From: Methanoculleus receptaculi
GTDB lineage: Archaea; Halobacteriota; Methanomicrobia; Methanomicrobiales; Methanoculleaceae
Assembly (NCBI RefSeq): GCF_033472595.1
Contig: NZ_CP137642.1
Coordinates: forward strand, 1,689,384-1,721,383
Reading direction: 5' to 3'
DNA length: 32,000 nucleotides
Shown: positions 1 to 9,541 of the stretch, piece after piece
Layout of the letters: every line of letters begins with the position of its first letter
Numbering within the stretch: position 1 is the stretch's first letter
The notes under the pieces: model-generated
Database searches by the model: none
Told to the model about the DNA's origin: nothing
Seen by the model: the letters and a program-made list of their open reading frames with translations, nothing else
Program-made: the position numbers and the translations under genes

Positions 1-149
1 GGAGAAGATTCACGGAGTTGACCGCAGGGGTCACCTCACCACAATAGTTATTAGTCAACCCCGCAAACATAACTAGGCATAAGCCATAGAATGCTGTGTC
101 TGGAGCAACACCTTCGGTGTTGCGAGTGTCGAAAGATGCGAGATTCTAT

Positions 150-234
150 GTTGAGGTAGCCAAGCCTGGTATGGCGCAGGTTTGCTAAACCTGTGTCCCT
201 CTGGGACTCGAGGGTTCAAATCCCTCCCTCAGCG
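150..234 (+). tRNA. tRNA-Ser (anticodon GCU), class II with long variable arm
   Basis: Hand-folded cloverleaf. Acceptor gttgagg/cctcagc (one G-U). Anticodon stem caggt/acctg with loop ttGCTaa. Long variable arm tgtccctctgggactc. T arm gaggg-ttcaaat-ccctc. Discriminator G. CCA not encoded. Confidence 0.9.
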
Positions 235-268
235 CTTTCACCGACGATGTCGATGACGAGGCGATCAC

Positions 269-718
269 ATGGATGATGAAGAGATAAAGTACTTTGTCCG
301 GATCAGGAACACTGATCTCGACGGCACGAAAACGGTGCAGATCGCACTGACAGGGATCAACGGAATCGGTCACCACACATCCCGCACCATCACCACCCTT
401 GCTGGTGTGGATCCGCATGCCGTCCTCGGTAAACTCGATGACCAAACCATCGAACGGATCGCAGACGCGGTCGAGACCTACACCGGGCAGGTTCCCGAAT
501 GGATGGTCAACCGCCCAAAAGACGTCTATACCGGAGAGAGACGCCACCTCCTGGGGACGGATCTCAGCCTGGCAATCGAAGACGACATCAACCGCATGAG
601 AAAGATGCGGTGTTACCGTGGCATCAGGCACGAGACGGGGCAGAAAGTCCGCGGCCAGCGCACCAAGTCCACCGGAAGAACCGGCATGACCGTCGGTGTC
701 CGGAGAAAGAAGGCCTGA
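269..718 (+). CDS. rps13: 30S ribosomal protein S13 (uS13)
   Basis: 149-aa ORF with [16 protein letters not shown]-terminus and a basic C-terminal tail typical of uS13. It is the first gene of the conserved archaeal S13-S4-S11-RpoD cluster. Confidence 0.95.
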   Translation: MDDEEIKYFVRIRNTDLDGTKTVQIALTGINGIGHHTSRTITTLAGVDPHAVLGKLDDQTIERIADAVETYTGQVPEWMVNRPKDVYTGERRHLLGTDLSLAIEDDINRMRKMRCYRGIRHETGQKVRGQRTKSTGRTGMTVGVRRKKA

Positions 719-729
719 ACGGTGATTGA

Positions 730-1278
730 ATGGCATATCCAGGAAAAAACCACAAGCAGTATGCAACACCCAAGCGCCGGTTCGAGAAGACGCGGCTCGA
801 TGACGAGAAGCAGCTTATCATCGATTACGGACTGCGAAACAAGCGCGAACTCTGGAAAGCCCAGAGCATTCTGCGGAAGTATCGTGCTGCCGCCCGTGAA
901 CTGGTGGCTCTCAGGTCGGCGGGTATAACCCCCGAGATCTACCAGACGAAGAAAGACCAGCTCATCAGCCACCTCTACCGCTACGGTCTCGTCGGAGATA
1001 ACGCCGATGTGGGCGACGTTCTCGCCCTCAAGGTAGAACAGCAGCTCGACCGCCGACTCCAGACGCAGGTGCTTCGCAAGGGGCTCGCACGCACCCCAAA
1101 ACAGGCCCGACAGTTCATCACCCACGGACACATTGCGATCGGCGGCCAGCGTGTGACGGTGCCGGGCTACCGGGTCACCAGGGAAGAGGAACCGGAGATC
1201 GGCTACTACGGCGTCTCCCCCCTCACGAACGAAGTCCACCCGGAGAGAGGGCGCATCACCCGCGCAGGAGTGAGGTAA
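730..1278 (+). CDS. rps4: 30S ribosomal protein S4 (uS4)
   Basis: 182-aa ORF. S4 RNA-binding domain segment [39 protein letters not shown]. Syntenic position after S13. Confidence 0.95.
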   Translation: MAYPGKNHKQYATPKRRFEKTRLDDEKQLIIDYGLRNKRELWKAQSILRKYRAAARELVALRSAGITPEIYQTKKDQLISHLYRYGLVGDNADVGDVLALKVEQQLDRRLQTQVLRKGLARTPKQARQFITHGHIAIGGQRVTVPGYRVTREEEPEIGYYGVSPLTNEVHPERGRITRAGVR

Positions 1279-1282
1279 AACC

Positions 1283-1672
1283 ATGGCAGAAGAGAAATGG
1301 GGCATCGCACACATCTACGCCTCGTTTAACAACACCATCATCACCATAACCGACCTCTCAGGGGCGGAGACGGTCACGAAGAGCAGCGGCGGCATGGTCG
1401 TGAAACAGGACCGAAACGAGAGTTCCCCCTACGCCGCCATGCAGATGGCAACACAGGTCGCACAGAACGCACGCGAGAAGGGAATCACCGGCGTTCACGT
1501 TCGTGTTCGGGCACCGGGACGCGGGAAACAGCGCAGCCCCGGGCCCGGCGCCCAGGCAGCGATCCGTGCCCTCGCCCGTGCAGGGATGAAGATCGGCCGC
1601 ATCGAGGACGTCACACCGGTGCCGCACGACAGCATCCGCAGCAAAGGCGGCCGGAGAGGAAGGAGAGTGTAA
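1283..1672 (+). CDS. rps11: 30S ribosomal protein S11 (uS11)
   Basis: 129-aa ORF with [18 protein letters not shown] and RVRAPGRG...[30 protein letters not shown] signatures. Stop TAA overlaps the rpoD ATG (TAATG). Confidence 0.95.
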   Translation: MAEEKWGIAHIYASFNNTIITITDLSGAETVTKSSGGMVVKQDRNESSPYAAMQMATQVAQNAREKGITGVHVRVRAPGRGKQRSPGPGAQAAIRALARAGMKIGRIEDVTPVPHDSIRSKGGRRGRRV

Positions 1673-2499
1673 TGGAGATAGCGTTTTCTCGACTGGACGA
1701 GAGAGTCGCAAAGTTTACCCTGGGCGGCGTTTCCACGTCGTTTGCCAACATGTTCCGGCGGGCGATGATGAGCGAGGTGCCGACACTTGCCATTGAGAAC
1801 GTCCGCATCTACGACAATACAAGCGTCCTCTTCGACGAGATGCTGGCACACCGCCTGGGGCTCATCCCCCTGCGGACGGATCTGGAACATTACAGGCTGC
1901 GCAGCGAATGCACCTGCGGAGGTGCAGGATGTCAGTTCTGCACGGTTACCTACACGCTCTCCGCCGAAGGGCCAAAGACCGTCTACTCGAGCGACCTGAT
2001 CCCGCAGGACCCGGATGCCGCACCAGTCGAGGAGAAGATCCCGATCATCGAACTTTCAAATAACCAGAAGGTCGTGCTCGAAGCCCAGGCAGTACTCGGG
2101 ACCGGAAAGGAGCATGCCAAGTGGCAGGCTACAACCGCCTGCGGCTACAAGAACTATCCGGTAATAACCATCGACGAGCGGTGCGACGGCTGCGGCATGT
2201 GCCTCGAGGAGTGCGCCCGCAACGTGCTGGAAGCAGCAGATGGACGTGTCAGGGTCGTCAATGGGCGGCTGGAGTCATGTTCCCTCTGCAAACTCTGCGA
2301 GCGGGCGTGCCTTGCAGGTGGGATCGGTGACGAGCCTGCCATCCACATCAGCACCGACCCGGAGAGGTTCATTTTTGTGGTTGAAAGCGATGGTTCGATG
2401 CCGGTCGGTGAGATCATCGAGAGAGCGCTACAATACATCCAGAAACAATCAGGAGACCTGGTAGACGTTATTAATGAGATAACGGGAGAGGGGATGTAA
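1672..2499 (+). CDS. rpoD: DNA-directed RNA polymerase subunit D (Rpo3) with ferredoxin-like 2x[4Fe-4S] motif insertion
   Basis: 275-aa ORF. N-terminus FANMFRRAMMSEVPTLAIENVRIYDNTSVLFDEMLAHRLGLIPL is the RpoD/Rpb3 dimerisation domain. Internal CDGCGMCLEEC and CSLCKLCERAC motifs (CX2CX2CX3C twice). Confidence 0.93.
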   Translation: MEIAFSRLDERVAKFTLGGVSTSFANMFRRAMMSEVPTLAIENVRIYDNTSVLFDEMLAHRLGLIPLRTDLEHYRLRSECTCGGAGCQFCTVTYTLSAEGPKTVYSSDLIPQDPDAAPVEEKIPIIELSNNQKVVLEAQAVLGTGKEHAKWQATTACGYKNYPVITIDERCDGCGMCLEECARNVLEAADGRVRVVNGRLESCSLCKLCERACLAGGIGDEPAIHISTDPERFIFVVESDGSMPVGEIIERALQYIQKQSGDLVDVINEITGEGM

Positions 2500-2867
2500 T
2501 GACAAAGACTACTGCAAACAAATCAAACCCCCGGCTGACCGCTCTCATCGCGACGCTGAAAGAGGCGTCGCGTGCAAATGAGGCGAAAATCTGGCGCGAG
2601 ATTGCAAAGAGGCTGGATGCACCCCGGAAGAATTATGCCGAGGTTAACCTCAGCAAGATCAACCGCTACGCAAACGAAGATGAGATAATCCTTGTGCCGG
2701 GCAAGGTTCTCGGCAGCGGTGTGCTCAGCCTGCCGGTGAAGATCGCCGCCATTGACTTTTCCGAGACTGCGGTGAGCAAGATCACCAGCGCCAGGGGCAC
2801 GTGCATGACCATCGAAGACCTTGTTCGAGAGAACCCGAAAGGGAGCAGGGTACGGATCCTCAGGTGA
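2499..2867 (+). CDS. rpl18e: 50S ribosomal protein L18e (eL18)
   Basis: 122-aa ORF in the conserved position between rpoD and rpl13. Basic N-terminus NPRLTALIATLKEASR... ATG overlaps the rpoD stop (TAATG). Confidence 0.88.
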   Translation: MTKTTANKSNPRLTALIATLKEASRANEAKIWREIAKRLDAPRKNYAEVNLSKINRYANEDEIILVPGKVLGSGVLSLPVKIAAIDFSETAVSKITSARGTCMTIEDLVRENPKGSRVRILR

Positions 2868-2873
2868 AGCAGA

Positions 2874-3296
2874 ATGGTTCAGGTTATCGACGCAGATGGA
2901 TTACTGCTCGGGCGGATGGCCAGCATCGTCGCACAGCGTGCGCTTGCCGGTGAGGAGATCGCCATCGTGAACGCGGAAAAAGCAATCGTCTCAGGGAGCA
3001 AGGCCCGGGTCCTCGCAAACTACACCCGCAAACGCGAGCGTGGGTCGCGTGAGGGAGGGCCGTTCTTTCCGCGCAGGCCAGACCAGATCGTCAAGCGCAC
3101 CATCCGCGGGATGCTACCCTACAAGCGTGAGCGTGGCGCAGCCGCACTCAAACGGATCAGGGTCTACGTCGGGGTTCCGGCGGAGTTCAGCGGAATGGAT
3201 ATGGAGAGAATCGAGGCGGCGCATATCAACCGACTGAGCAGGCCGACTTACGTAACGGTCGGGGCAATAAGCACCCAGCTCGGAGCTAAATACTGA
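2874..3296 (+). CDS. rpl13: 50S ribosomal protein L13 (uL13)
   Basis: 140-aa [41 protein letters not shown] matches the uL13 N-terminal pattern. Synteny. Confidence 0.93.
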   Translation: MVQVIDADGLLLGRMASIVAQRALAGEEIAIVNAEKAIVSGSKARVLANYTRKRERGSREGGPFFPRRPDQIVKRTIRGMLPYKRERGAAALKRIRVYVGVPAEFSGMDMERIEAAHINRLSRPTYVTVGAISTQLGAKY

Positions 3297-3310
3297 AACA
3301 TGGTGATTGG

Positions 3311-3712
3311 ATGGTAAAGATCGTAAATTCAAGCGGTAAGAGGAAGACAGCAATTGCCAGGGCGACTCTGAAGCCCGGCAACGGCCGTATCCGGATCAAC
3401 TCTGTGCCCCTGGAGATCTACGGGAGCGAGGTGATCAGGATGAAGATCGCTGAACCGCTGCTGCTGGTTCCAGACGCACTCGACGACGTTGATGTCGCGA
3501 TCGAGGTCTCCGGCGGCGGTAGAATGGGGCAGGCCGAGGCCATCCGGACAGCACTCGCGCGCGGCATCCTGGAGTGGCATAACGACCCGCAGATAAAGGA
3601 TGCGTTCCTGTCGTATGACCGGACACTGCTCGTGAACGACTCGCGGCAGAAAGAGACCAAGAAACCGCAGGGTCCTGGCGCACGGGCGAAGTTCCAGAAG
3701 TCTTATCGCTGA
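3311..3712 (+). CDS. rps9: 30S ribosomal protein S9 (uS9)
   Basis: 133-aa [30 protein letters not shown] near the N-terminus and the characteristic C-terminal ...KFQKSYR. Confidence 0.95.
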   Translation: MVKIVNSSGKRKTAIARATLKPGNGRIRINSVPLEIYGSEVIRMKIAEPLLLVPDALDDVDVAIEVSGGGRMGQAEAIRTALARGILEWHNDPQIKDAFLSYDRTLLVNDSRQKETKKPQGPGARAKFQKSYR

Positions 3713-3746
3713 GGAAAAGAGATATAAGGAATACTGGACAACAGGT

Positions 3747-3935
3747 ATGATACCCGTACGATGTTTTACATGCGGTAAGGTCATTTCCACCGCCTGGAAA
3801 GAGTTCAAGGAGCGGCGAGATGCAGGCGAGGATCCCAAACAGATCCTCGACGATCTCGGTCTGGAACGTTACTGCTGCAGGCGGATGCTGCTGACGCACA
3901 AAGAAGTGGTGGAGGACCTGAACCCGTATCAATGA
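3747..3935 (+). CDS. rpoN: DNA-directed RNA polymerase subunit N (Rpo10)
   Basis: 62-aa [17 protein letters not shown]...[15 protein letters not shown], the zinc-binding Rpb10/RpoN signature. Confidence 0.93.
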   Translation: MIPVRCFTCGKVISTAWKEFKERRDAGEDPKQILDDLGLERYCCRRMLLTHKEVVEDLNPYQ

Positions 3936-4009
3936 GGGGTCGTGGGGTAGCCTGGCCATCCTACGGCGTTCGGGATGCTGTGACCTGAGTTCAAATCTCA
4001 GCGACCCCA
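3936..4009 (+). tRNA. tRNA-Pro (anticodon CGG)
   Basis: Starts on the nucleotide after the rpoN TGA. Acceptor ggggtcg/cgacccc. Anticodon stem cggcg/tgctg (two G-U) with loop ttCGGga. T arm ctgag-ttcaaat-ctcag. Discriminator A. Followed by tttt. Confidence 0.88.
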
Positions 4010-4039
4010 TTTTGCAATTAATGATTTTGAGGCTGCACG

Positions 4040-4210
4040 ATGGAATCGTATACCCGGTATGAACGGGCTCGAATTATAGGGGCTCGTGCTCTTCAGATCT
4101 CGATGGGTGCACCCGTTCTGGTAAAGACCAGAAAGACTGAGCCGCTTGAGATTGCACTCGAAGAGTTCGAGCGAGACGTGATCCCCATAACAGTGAAGAG
4201 GAAGTTGTGA
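4040..4210 (+). CDS. rpoK: DNA-directed RNA polymerase subunit K (Rpo6)
   Basis: Not in the ORF track because it is under 60 aa. My translation is [56 protein letters not shown] (56 aa). The [15 protein letters not shown] core is the Rpb6/RpoK/omega signature. Expected syntenic position before eno. Confidence 0.85.
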   Translation: MESYTRYERARIIGARALQISMGAPVLVKTRKTEPLEIALEEFERDVIPITVKRKL

Positions 4211-4214
4211 TCTG

Positions 4215-5402
4215 ATGACGACCATCGAAGAGATTACCCTGAGAACAATCCTGGACAGCCGCGGAAACGAGACCGTTGAGGCTGATATATACACATCCCG
4301 CGGTTTCGGCCGGGCTGCGGCACCCGGTGGTGCCAGCACAGGAACCTATGAAGCAAAGGTGCGGCCGCCGCGCGAAGCCATCGAGAACGCGCGGGAACAC
4401 CTGATTCCATCGCTAATCGGGGAGGACGCCTGCGATCAGATCACGTTTGATGCACTGCTCCGGGAGATCGATGGAACACCCGATTTCAGGTCGATCGGCG
4501 CAAACGTCGCCGTCGCACTCTCGCTTGCATGTGCAAAGGCGGCTGCATCGTCACTCGACCTGGAACTCTTCCGCTACCTTGGAGGTGCGTTCGCTTCCGA
4601 GACACCGCTGCCGCTTGGCAACATCATCGGCGGAGGTGCACATGCACCGAACGCAACGTCCATCCAGGAGTTCCTGGTGGTCGCCACAGGGGCTTCCGGA
4701 GCGACAGAAGCCGTATTTGTGAACGCCGCCGTCCATAAGACCGTGAAGAAGATCCTGCAGGCGCAAGGCAAACTCACCGGAAAAGGAGATGAAGGCGCCT
4801 GGGCGCCGGCGATAACCGATGCGGAGGCGTTTGAGGTCCTGGGAGAGGCGATTGGAATCGTCTCGGATGAGACGAACCTCGAGATCCGTATGGGGATCGA
4901 CATGGCAGCAAGCGAACTCTGGGACGGCGAGCACTACCGCTACAGGGATGCTGTGCGGAACCGTGATGACCAGATCACCTACGTGGCGGATCTCGTCGAC
5001 CGCTACAACCTCGTCTACGTGGAGGACCCATTCTTTGAGGAGGACTTCGAGGCGTTTGCAGACCTGACCGCCAGCGTCCAAGACCGGTGCCTGGTCTGCG
5101 GTGACGACCTCTTCGTGACCAACGTCGAGCGGATCATACAGGGGATCGAAACAGGCGCGGCAAACTGCGTCCTGATCAAACCAAACCAGATCGGAACACT
5201 CACCGATACCTTTGAGGCGATACGCCTCGCCGATGAGAACGGCCTGGAGACAGTAATGAGTCACCGTTCCGGAGAGACAACCGACGCGACCATAGCGCAC
5301 CTGGGAACGGCGTTCGGATGTATCTTCCTAAAGACCGGGGTGGTCGGCGGGGAGCGGATAGCCAAACTGAACGAACTGATTCGAATAGAGGAGCTGATCT
5401 AA
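4215..5402 (+). CDS. eno: Enolase (phosphopyruvate hydratase)
   Basis: 395-aa ORF. N-terminus [16 protein letters not shown]. Motifs [10 protein letters not shown] and [15 protein letters not shown]. Confidence 0.95.
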   Translation: MTTIEEITLRTILDSRGNETVEADIYTSRGFGRAAAPGGASTGTYEAKVRPPREAIENAREHLIPSLIGEDACDQITFDALLREIDGTPDFRSIGANVAVALSLACAKAAASSLDLELFRYLGGAFASETPLPLGNIIGGGAHAPNATSIQEFLVVATGASGATEAVFVNAAVHKTVKKILQAQGKLTGKGDEGAWAPAITDAEAFEVLGEAIGIVSDETNLEIRMGIDMAASELWDGEHYRYRDAVRNRDDQITYVADLVDRYNLVYVEDPFFEEDFEAFADLTASVQDRCLVCGDDLFVTNVERIIQGIETGAANCVLIKPNQIGTLTDTFEAIRLADENGLETVMSHRSGETTDATIAHLGTAFGCIFLKTGVVGGERIAKLNELIRIEELI

Positions 5403-5403
5403 C

Positions 5404-6012
5404 TTGACCGGAAACGAACTTGAGATCGAACTTAAAGAACCGCTGGTATCCGTCGAAGAGTATCTGGCGGCAGGCGTGCACATCGGCACCCAGCAGAAGA
5501 GCAAGGACATGATGAAGTTCATCTACCGTGTCCGCGGTGATGGACTCTACATCCTGGACATCCAGGCAACCGATGATCGGATCAAGACTGCTGCAAAGTT
5601 CCTTTCGCAGTATGACCCTGCAAAGATCCTGGTCGTCACCTCCAGACAGTACGGGCAGTACCCGGCAAAGATGTTTGCCGATGCCATAGGCGGTATGTCG
5701 GTCATCGGCCGGTTTATTCCGGGGATGCTGACCAACCAGCGCCTGAACAAGTACATCGAGCCCGAGGTGGTTGTGGTGACAGACCCGATCAGCGACGCCC
5801 AGGCGGTTAATGAAGCTGTCCAGACAGGGATCCCCGTTGTCGCGCTCTGCGATACCAACAACATGATGAAGTACGTCGATCTGGTCATACCGACGAACAA
5901 CAAGGGCAGAAAGGCGCTCTCGCTGATATACTATCTCCTGACAAAGGAGATGCTGCGCCTGCGCGGCGTGACCACATCGCTCACCCCCGAGGACTTTGAG
6001 ACAGAGTTATAA
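5404..6012 (+). CDS. rps2: 30S ribosomal protein S2 (uS2)
   Basis: 202-aa [46 protein letters not shown] is the uS2 N-terminal domain. The only in-frame start upstream of that domain is TTG at 5404, so the start codon is less certain than the product. Confidence 0.9.
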   Translation: MTGNELEIELKEPLVSVEEYLAAGVHIGTQQKSKDMMKFIYRVRGDGLYILDIQATDDRIKTAAKFLSQYDPAKILVVTSRQYGQYPAKMFADAIGGMSVIGRFIPGMLTNQRLNKYIEPEVVVVTDPISDAQAVNEAVQTGIPVVALCDTNNMMKYVDLVIPTNNKGRKALSLIYYLLTKEMLRLRGVTTSLTPEDFETEL

Positions 6013-6038
6013 GATCAAAGCACAAGACCACACCCTTG

Positions 6039-6827
6039 ATGGATATGCGCCGATGCAGTGTAGCGGGGATGTTCTATCCTGCTGAGCCCAGCCACCTGGA
6101 GCAGCTCCTGGAGGCATTCTTCCGGAACAAAAATCCAGATATCTCAGCCAACGGCATAGTCTCCCCCCATGCCGGTTATATCTACTCGGGGGAGACCGCG
6201 GCCTGTGCCTTCTCTGCAATACAACCTGATTTTGACGGTACATTCGTCGTTATAGGTCCCAGTCATCATGGATACATGACCTCTGCCTCCGCAATGCCCT
6301 GGGAGACGCCTCTTGGGATCATCAATGTCGATACAGAGTTTGTCGACGCACTTGATCTCAGGATAGACGAGACCTCGCACCGGAGCGAGCATTCACTTGA
6401 GGTGCAGATGCCCTTCATCAGGTACCGGTTCCCCAGGGCAAGGATCGCGCCCATACTCATGGGAGACCAGAGTTACGAGGCTGCGATGGGTCTTGCGGAG
6501 CACCTGCTCGACGCGATCGGCCACACCCGGCGGGATGTGAGGATCGTCGCCTCAAGCGACTTCTCTCATTACGTTCCAGAGGTGGTGGCACGGCGGCAGG
6601 ACCTGCATGTGATCGAGGCGCTCGAAACCCTTGACATACCTGAATTCTACCGGCGGATCATCGCGACCCGGGCAACCGTCTGCGGCTACGGCCCGATCGC
6701 GACCATGTGCACCGTCTGCAGGCATCTCGGTGGAAAGAGGGGGGCGCTTCTCCGGTATACGACCAGCGGCGATGTAACGGAGGATTACAATCAGGTAGTG
6801 GGGTATGCAGCGATAGCGGTGGTGTAA
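6039..6827 (+). CDS. MEMO1-family protein (AmmeMemoRadiSam system protein B-like, UPF0103)
   Basis: ORF 6036..6827 with ATG at 6039 (TTG at 6036 also possible). VAGMFYPAEPSHLEQLL, SPHAGYIYSGETAA, VIGPSHHG and SSDFSHY are Memo-like metal-site segments as I recall the family. Confidence 0.8.
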   Translation: MDMRRCSVAGMFYPAEPSHLEQLLEAFFRNKNPDISANGIVSPHAGYIYSGETAACAFSAIQPDFDGTFVVIGPSHHGYMTSASAMPWETPLGIINVDTEFVDALDLRIDETSHRSEHSLEVQMPFIRYRFPRARIAPILMGDQSYEAAMGLAEHLLDAIGHTRRDVRIVASSDFSHYVPEVVARRQDLHVIEALETLDIPEFYRRIIATRATVCGYGPIATMCTVCRHLGGKRGALLRYTTSGDVTEDYNQVVGYAAIAVV

Positions 6828-6828
6828 T

Positions 6829-7698
6829 TTGGCAACCTGGAGCGCGCCGGGCAAGGTCTTCCTGTTCGGCGAGCATGCGGTGGTCTACGGGAAGCCGGCG
6901 ATCGCGATGGCGATCAAGCCCCGTGTCTTCGTCACGGTGAGGAAGTCCCGGAACCCGACGCGCCCGAAATCGCCATACATCAACGAGTGTTTCAGGGTGA
7001 TGGGCGTCCGCGGCAGCGTCTATGTCCGCTCGCAACTCCAGAGTTCGTCAGGGCTCGGGTCATCGGCCGCTGTGACCGTGGCGACGCTCTCTGCCATCAA
7101 CGATGAGTTCAACCTGGGGTATAGCCGCGAGTATATCGCTGAGACTGCGTTTGCCATCGAGAAAAAAGTTCAGAAGGGCCGGGCAAGCCCAACCGACACT
7201 TACGTCTCGGCAAACGGGGGGATGGTCCTGATCACGGGTGAGTCCAAACGTAGACTGCCGCCGGAGAACCTCCACCTTGTTGTGGGAAACACCATGGTGC
7301 CCCACAGCACCGCAAAGATGGTGGAGCAGGTCGCGAACCTGCGGCAGCACCATCCCACAATAGCAAACCCGATACTGGACGCAATCGGGGAGTTGACGCT
7401 TGCTGCCATTCGCGAGATGAGCAACCCGAAGGAACTCGGGCAGTACATGGATATGAACCATGCGCTCCTGGAGGCGCTCGGTGTGGGTCACCCGGCAAGC
7501 AGCCGGCTTGTTCTGGCGGCAAGGGCGAGCGGGGCTTACGGGGCCAAGATCACCGGGGCTGGAGGCGGCGGATCGATCATCGCCCTCTGTCCCAGACGTG
7601 CAAAGAACCGCGTTGCCGGGGCGATCGAGGCCTGTGAAGGAAGGGCGATAATCACAACCATAGACACCGACGGTGCGAGAGAAGAGAAGCATGACTGA
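6829..7698 (+). CDS. mvk: Mevalonate kinase (GHMP kinase)
   Basis: 289-aa ORF. SAPGKVFLFGEHAVVYGKPAIAMAI, GHMP motif GLGSSAAVTVA, and KITGAGGGGSIIAL. Apparent TTG start one nucleotide after the Memo-like stop. Confidence 0.9.
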   Translation: MATWSAPGKVFLFGEHAVVYGKPAIAMAIKPRVFVTVRKSRNPTRPKSPYINECFRVMGVRGSVYVRSQLQSSSGLGSSAAVTVATLSAINDEFNLGYSREYIAETAFAIEKKVQKGRASPTDTYVSANGGMVLITGESKRRLPPENLHLVVGNTMVPHSTAKMVEQVANLRQHHPTIANPILDAIGELTLAAIREMSNPKELGQYMDMNHALLEALGVGHPASSRLVLAARASGAYGAKITGAGGGGSIIALCPRRAKNRVAGAIEACEGRAIITTIDTDGAREEKHD

Positions 7699-8449
7699 GA
7701 GAGTGGTACTTAAACTGGGCGGGAGCGTTATCACCGACAAATCGGGGGGCTGCACCATCGATCACGCCCGGCTGCGCGAGATTGCAGAAGTTCTCGCCGC
7801 ACACCGGGAGATTGCGCTCGTCCTGGTCCACGGCGCGGGCTCCTGCGGCCACCCGGAGGCCCGGCGCTACCGGGTCGATGAGGGGCTCGGCCGGGATAAC
7901 CTGCCCGGGGTCTACCACACCCATGCCGCGGTCTCGCGGCTGAACGCCGCGGTCGTCGAGGCCCTGCGGGAGGCAGGGATCGAGGCGATCGGCATTCATC
8001 CCCTCTGCCTGGCACTCGCAGAGGACGGCCGCCTGGTCTCGTTTGAGACCCGCCAGATCGCCGGGATGGCAGATCACGGTATCGTGCCCGTGCTGCACGG
8101 CGACGTCGTGATGGACACCCTGCGGGGTTCGTGCATTGTCTCGGGTGACCAGGTGGTGGCTAGGCTTGCCTTCGCTCTCGGGAGCAGGCGCGTTGGGCTT
8201 GCAACCGATGTTGCCGGTGTGCTCAGAGGAGGATCTGTTATCCCCCGCATCGACCGGGAGATCCTGGAATCGCTCGATGTAGGCGGGTCGGCAAAGACCG
8301 ACGTGACCGGGGGCATGCGGGGCAAGATCGCTGAACTCCTGATACTGGCCGATGCCGGTATCGACTCAGAGATCTTCCATGTCTCGCAGATCGGCCGGTT
8401 CCTGGACGGAACAGATCACGGCGGGACAGTAATAACCAGAAAGGAGTAA
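7691..8449 (+). CDS. ipk: Isopentenyl phosphate kinase (amino-acid kinase fold)
   Basis: The track ORF begins at GTG 7673. ATG 7691 (MTERVVLKLGGSVITDK...) overlaps the mvk stop and gives the family-typical N-terminus. VHGAGSCGH motif. Sits between mvk and the type-2 IDI. Confidence 0.85.
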   Translation: MTERVVLKLGGSVITDKSGGCTIDHARLREIAEVLAAHREIALVLVHGAGSCGHPEARRYRVDEGLGRDNLPGVYHTHAAVSRLNAAVVEALREAGIEAIGIHPLCLALAEDGRLVSFETRQIAGMADHGIVPVLHGDVVMDTLRGSCIVSGDQVVARLAFALGSRRVGLATDVAGVLRGGSVIPRIDREILESLDVGGSAKTDVTGGMRGKIAELLILADAGIDSEIFHVSQIGRFLDGTDHGGTVITRKE

Positions 8450-8452
8450 AAA

Positions 8453-9541
8453 ATGAGAAGGGATACCGCCACATCCTCACGGAAACGCGATCACCTGGAG
8501 ATATGCTATGAGCAGCCTGTTGAGGCAGGTGATGCAGGATTCGGGGATGTGCGGCTTGTTCATAATGCCATCCCTGAGTGCGACATGGATGCGATCGATC
8601 TAAAAACACGGTTCCTCGACGCAAAACTCGATTCCCCCCTTTTCATTGCAGCAATGACCGGAGGACACCCCGACACCCTGGAGGTGAACCGGCGGCTGGC
8701 ACGTGCCGCCGAACGGTATAACCTGGGTATGGGTGTCGGTTCTCAGCGAGCGGCACTGGAAAATCCGGAACTTGAAGGGAGTTTCACCGTCGTGCGGGAG
8801 GAGGCGCCCCACGCGTTCCTCTGCGCCAACCTCGGGATCATCCAGCTGCGCGACCACGGCATCGAATGGGCTGAACGGGCGGTTGAGATGATCGATGCGC
8901 AGGCGATCGCGATCCACGTCAACCTGCTCCAGGAGGCGATCCAGCCCGAAGGCGATCACAGCGCTGTCGGGTGCCTGGAGGCGTTGCGCGGCCTCTGTGA
9001 AGAGTTCTCCCGTCCGGTCATCGTGAAGGAGACGGGTTCCGGCATATCGGCCGAAACCGCAAGGAAGATCTTTGGGGCCGGAGCAAAAGCCATCGATATC
9101 GGCGGCTACGGAGGCACGTCGTGGGCGAAGATCGAACGCCTGCGGGCAACCGCCCCTGAACTCGCTGAACTCGGGGAGGCGTTCCTCTCCTGGGGGATAC
9201 CGACGGTGGTAAGCCTATGCGAGGTGCGGAGAGCAGGAGGCCCGACCATCGCGACAGGGGGGTTGCGTTCGGGGATCGATATTGCAAAATCCCTTGCTCT
9301 CGGGGCGGACCTCGGGGGTATGGCATTGCCCCTCCTGAAACCGGCGATGGAGAGTGAAGAAGCCCTATCTGCAACCATCGAGGGGATACACCGCCACCTT
9401 CGCGTGGCGATGTTCCTGACGGGGTCCCTAACGGTAGCGGATCTCCGGCACACCAGGACGTATATCACCGGCCTGACCAGGCAGATGATTGAATCAAACG
9501 ACAAAACAAAAGATCCTGCAAGGAGGCTACATGGATATTGA
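8453..9541 (+). CDS. fni: Isopentenyl-diphosphate delta-isomerase, type 2 (FMN-dependent)
   Basis: 362-aa ORF preceded by aaggag. RKRDHLEIC N-terminus, VIVKETGSGIS and DIGGYGGTSWAKIE TIM-barrel FMN-site segments. The 3' end overlaps the next gene by 11 nt. Confidence 0.9.
   Translation: MRRDTATSSRKRDHLEICYEQPVEAGDAGFGDVRLVHNAIPECDMDAIDLKTRFLDAKLDSPLFIAAMTGGHPDTLEVNRRLARAAERYNLGMGVGSQRAALENPELEGSFTVVREEAPHAFLCANLGIIQLRDHGIEWAERAVEMIDAQAIAIHVNLLQEAIQPEGDHSAVGCLEALRGLCEEFSRPVIVKETGSGISAETARKIFGAGAKAIDIGGYGGTSWAKIERLRATAPELAELGEAFLSWGIPTVVSLCEVRRAGGPTIATGGLRSGIDIAKSLALGADLGGMALPLLKPAMESEEALSATIEGIHRHLRVAMFLTGSLTVADLRHTRTYITGLTRQMIESNDKTKDPARRLHGY

Noticed and set aside
1-149. Possible 3' end of an upstream + strand CDS (open frame ending at TAG 74-76), and an 8-bp hairpin gcaacacc-ttc-ggtgttgc at 105-123 upstream of tRNA-Ser.
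   Set aside because: There is too little sequence to identify any product. The hairpin could be a terminator or a processing element, but it is not followed by a T-run. I left it unannotated.
185-1314. - strand ORFs 185..769 (194 aa) and 613..1314 (233 aa). Similar antisense ORFs lie opposite eno (4551..5300), mvk (7060..7758), gltX (11478..12305, 12218..12823), the MBL gene (15614..16495) and glyA (30263..31219).
   Set aside because: Each lies opposite a confidently identified conserved gene and has no recognisable domain. Their biased composition is typical of shadow ORFs in GC-rich DNA.
7673-9530. Longer alternative starts for ipk (GTG 7673) and RNase J (9489).
   Set aside because: The ATG codons at 7691 and 9531 give family-typical N-termini. 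9531 has an aggagg Shine-Dalgarno-like element. The longer forms would overlap the upstream genes by 26 and 53 nt.
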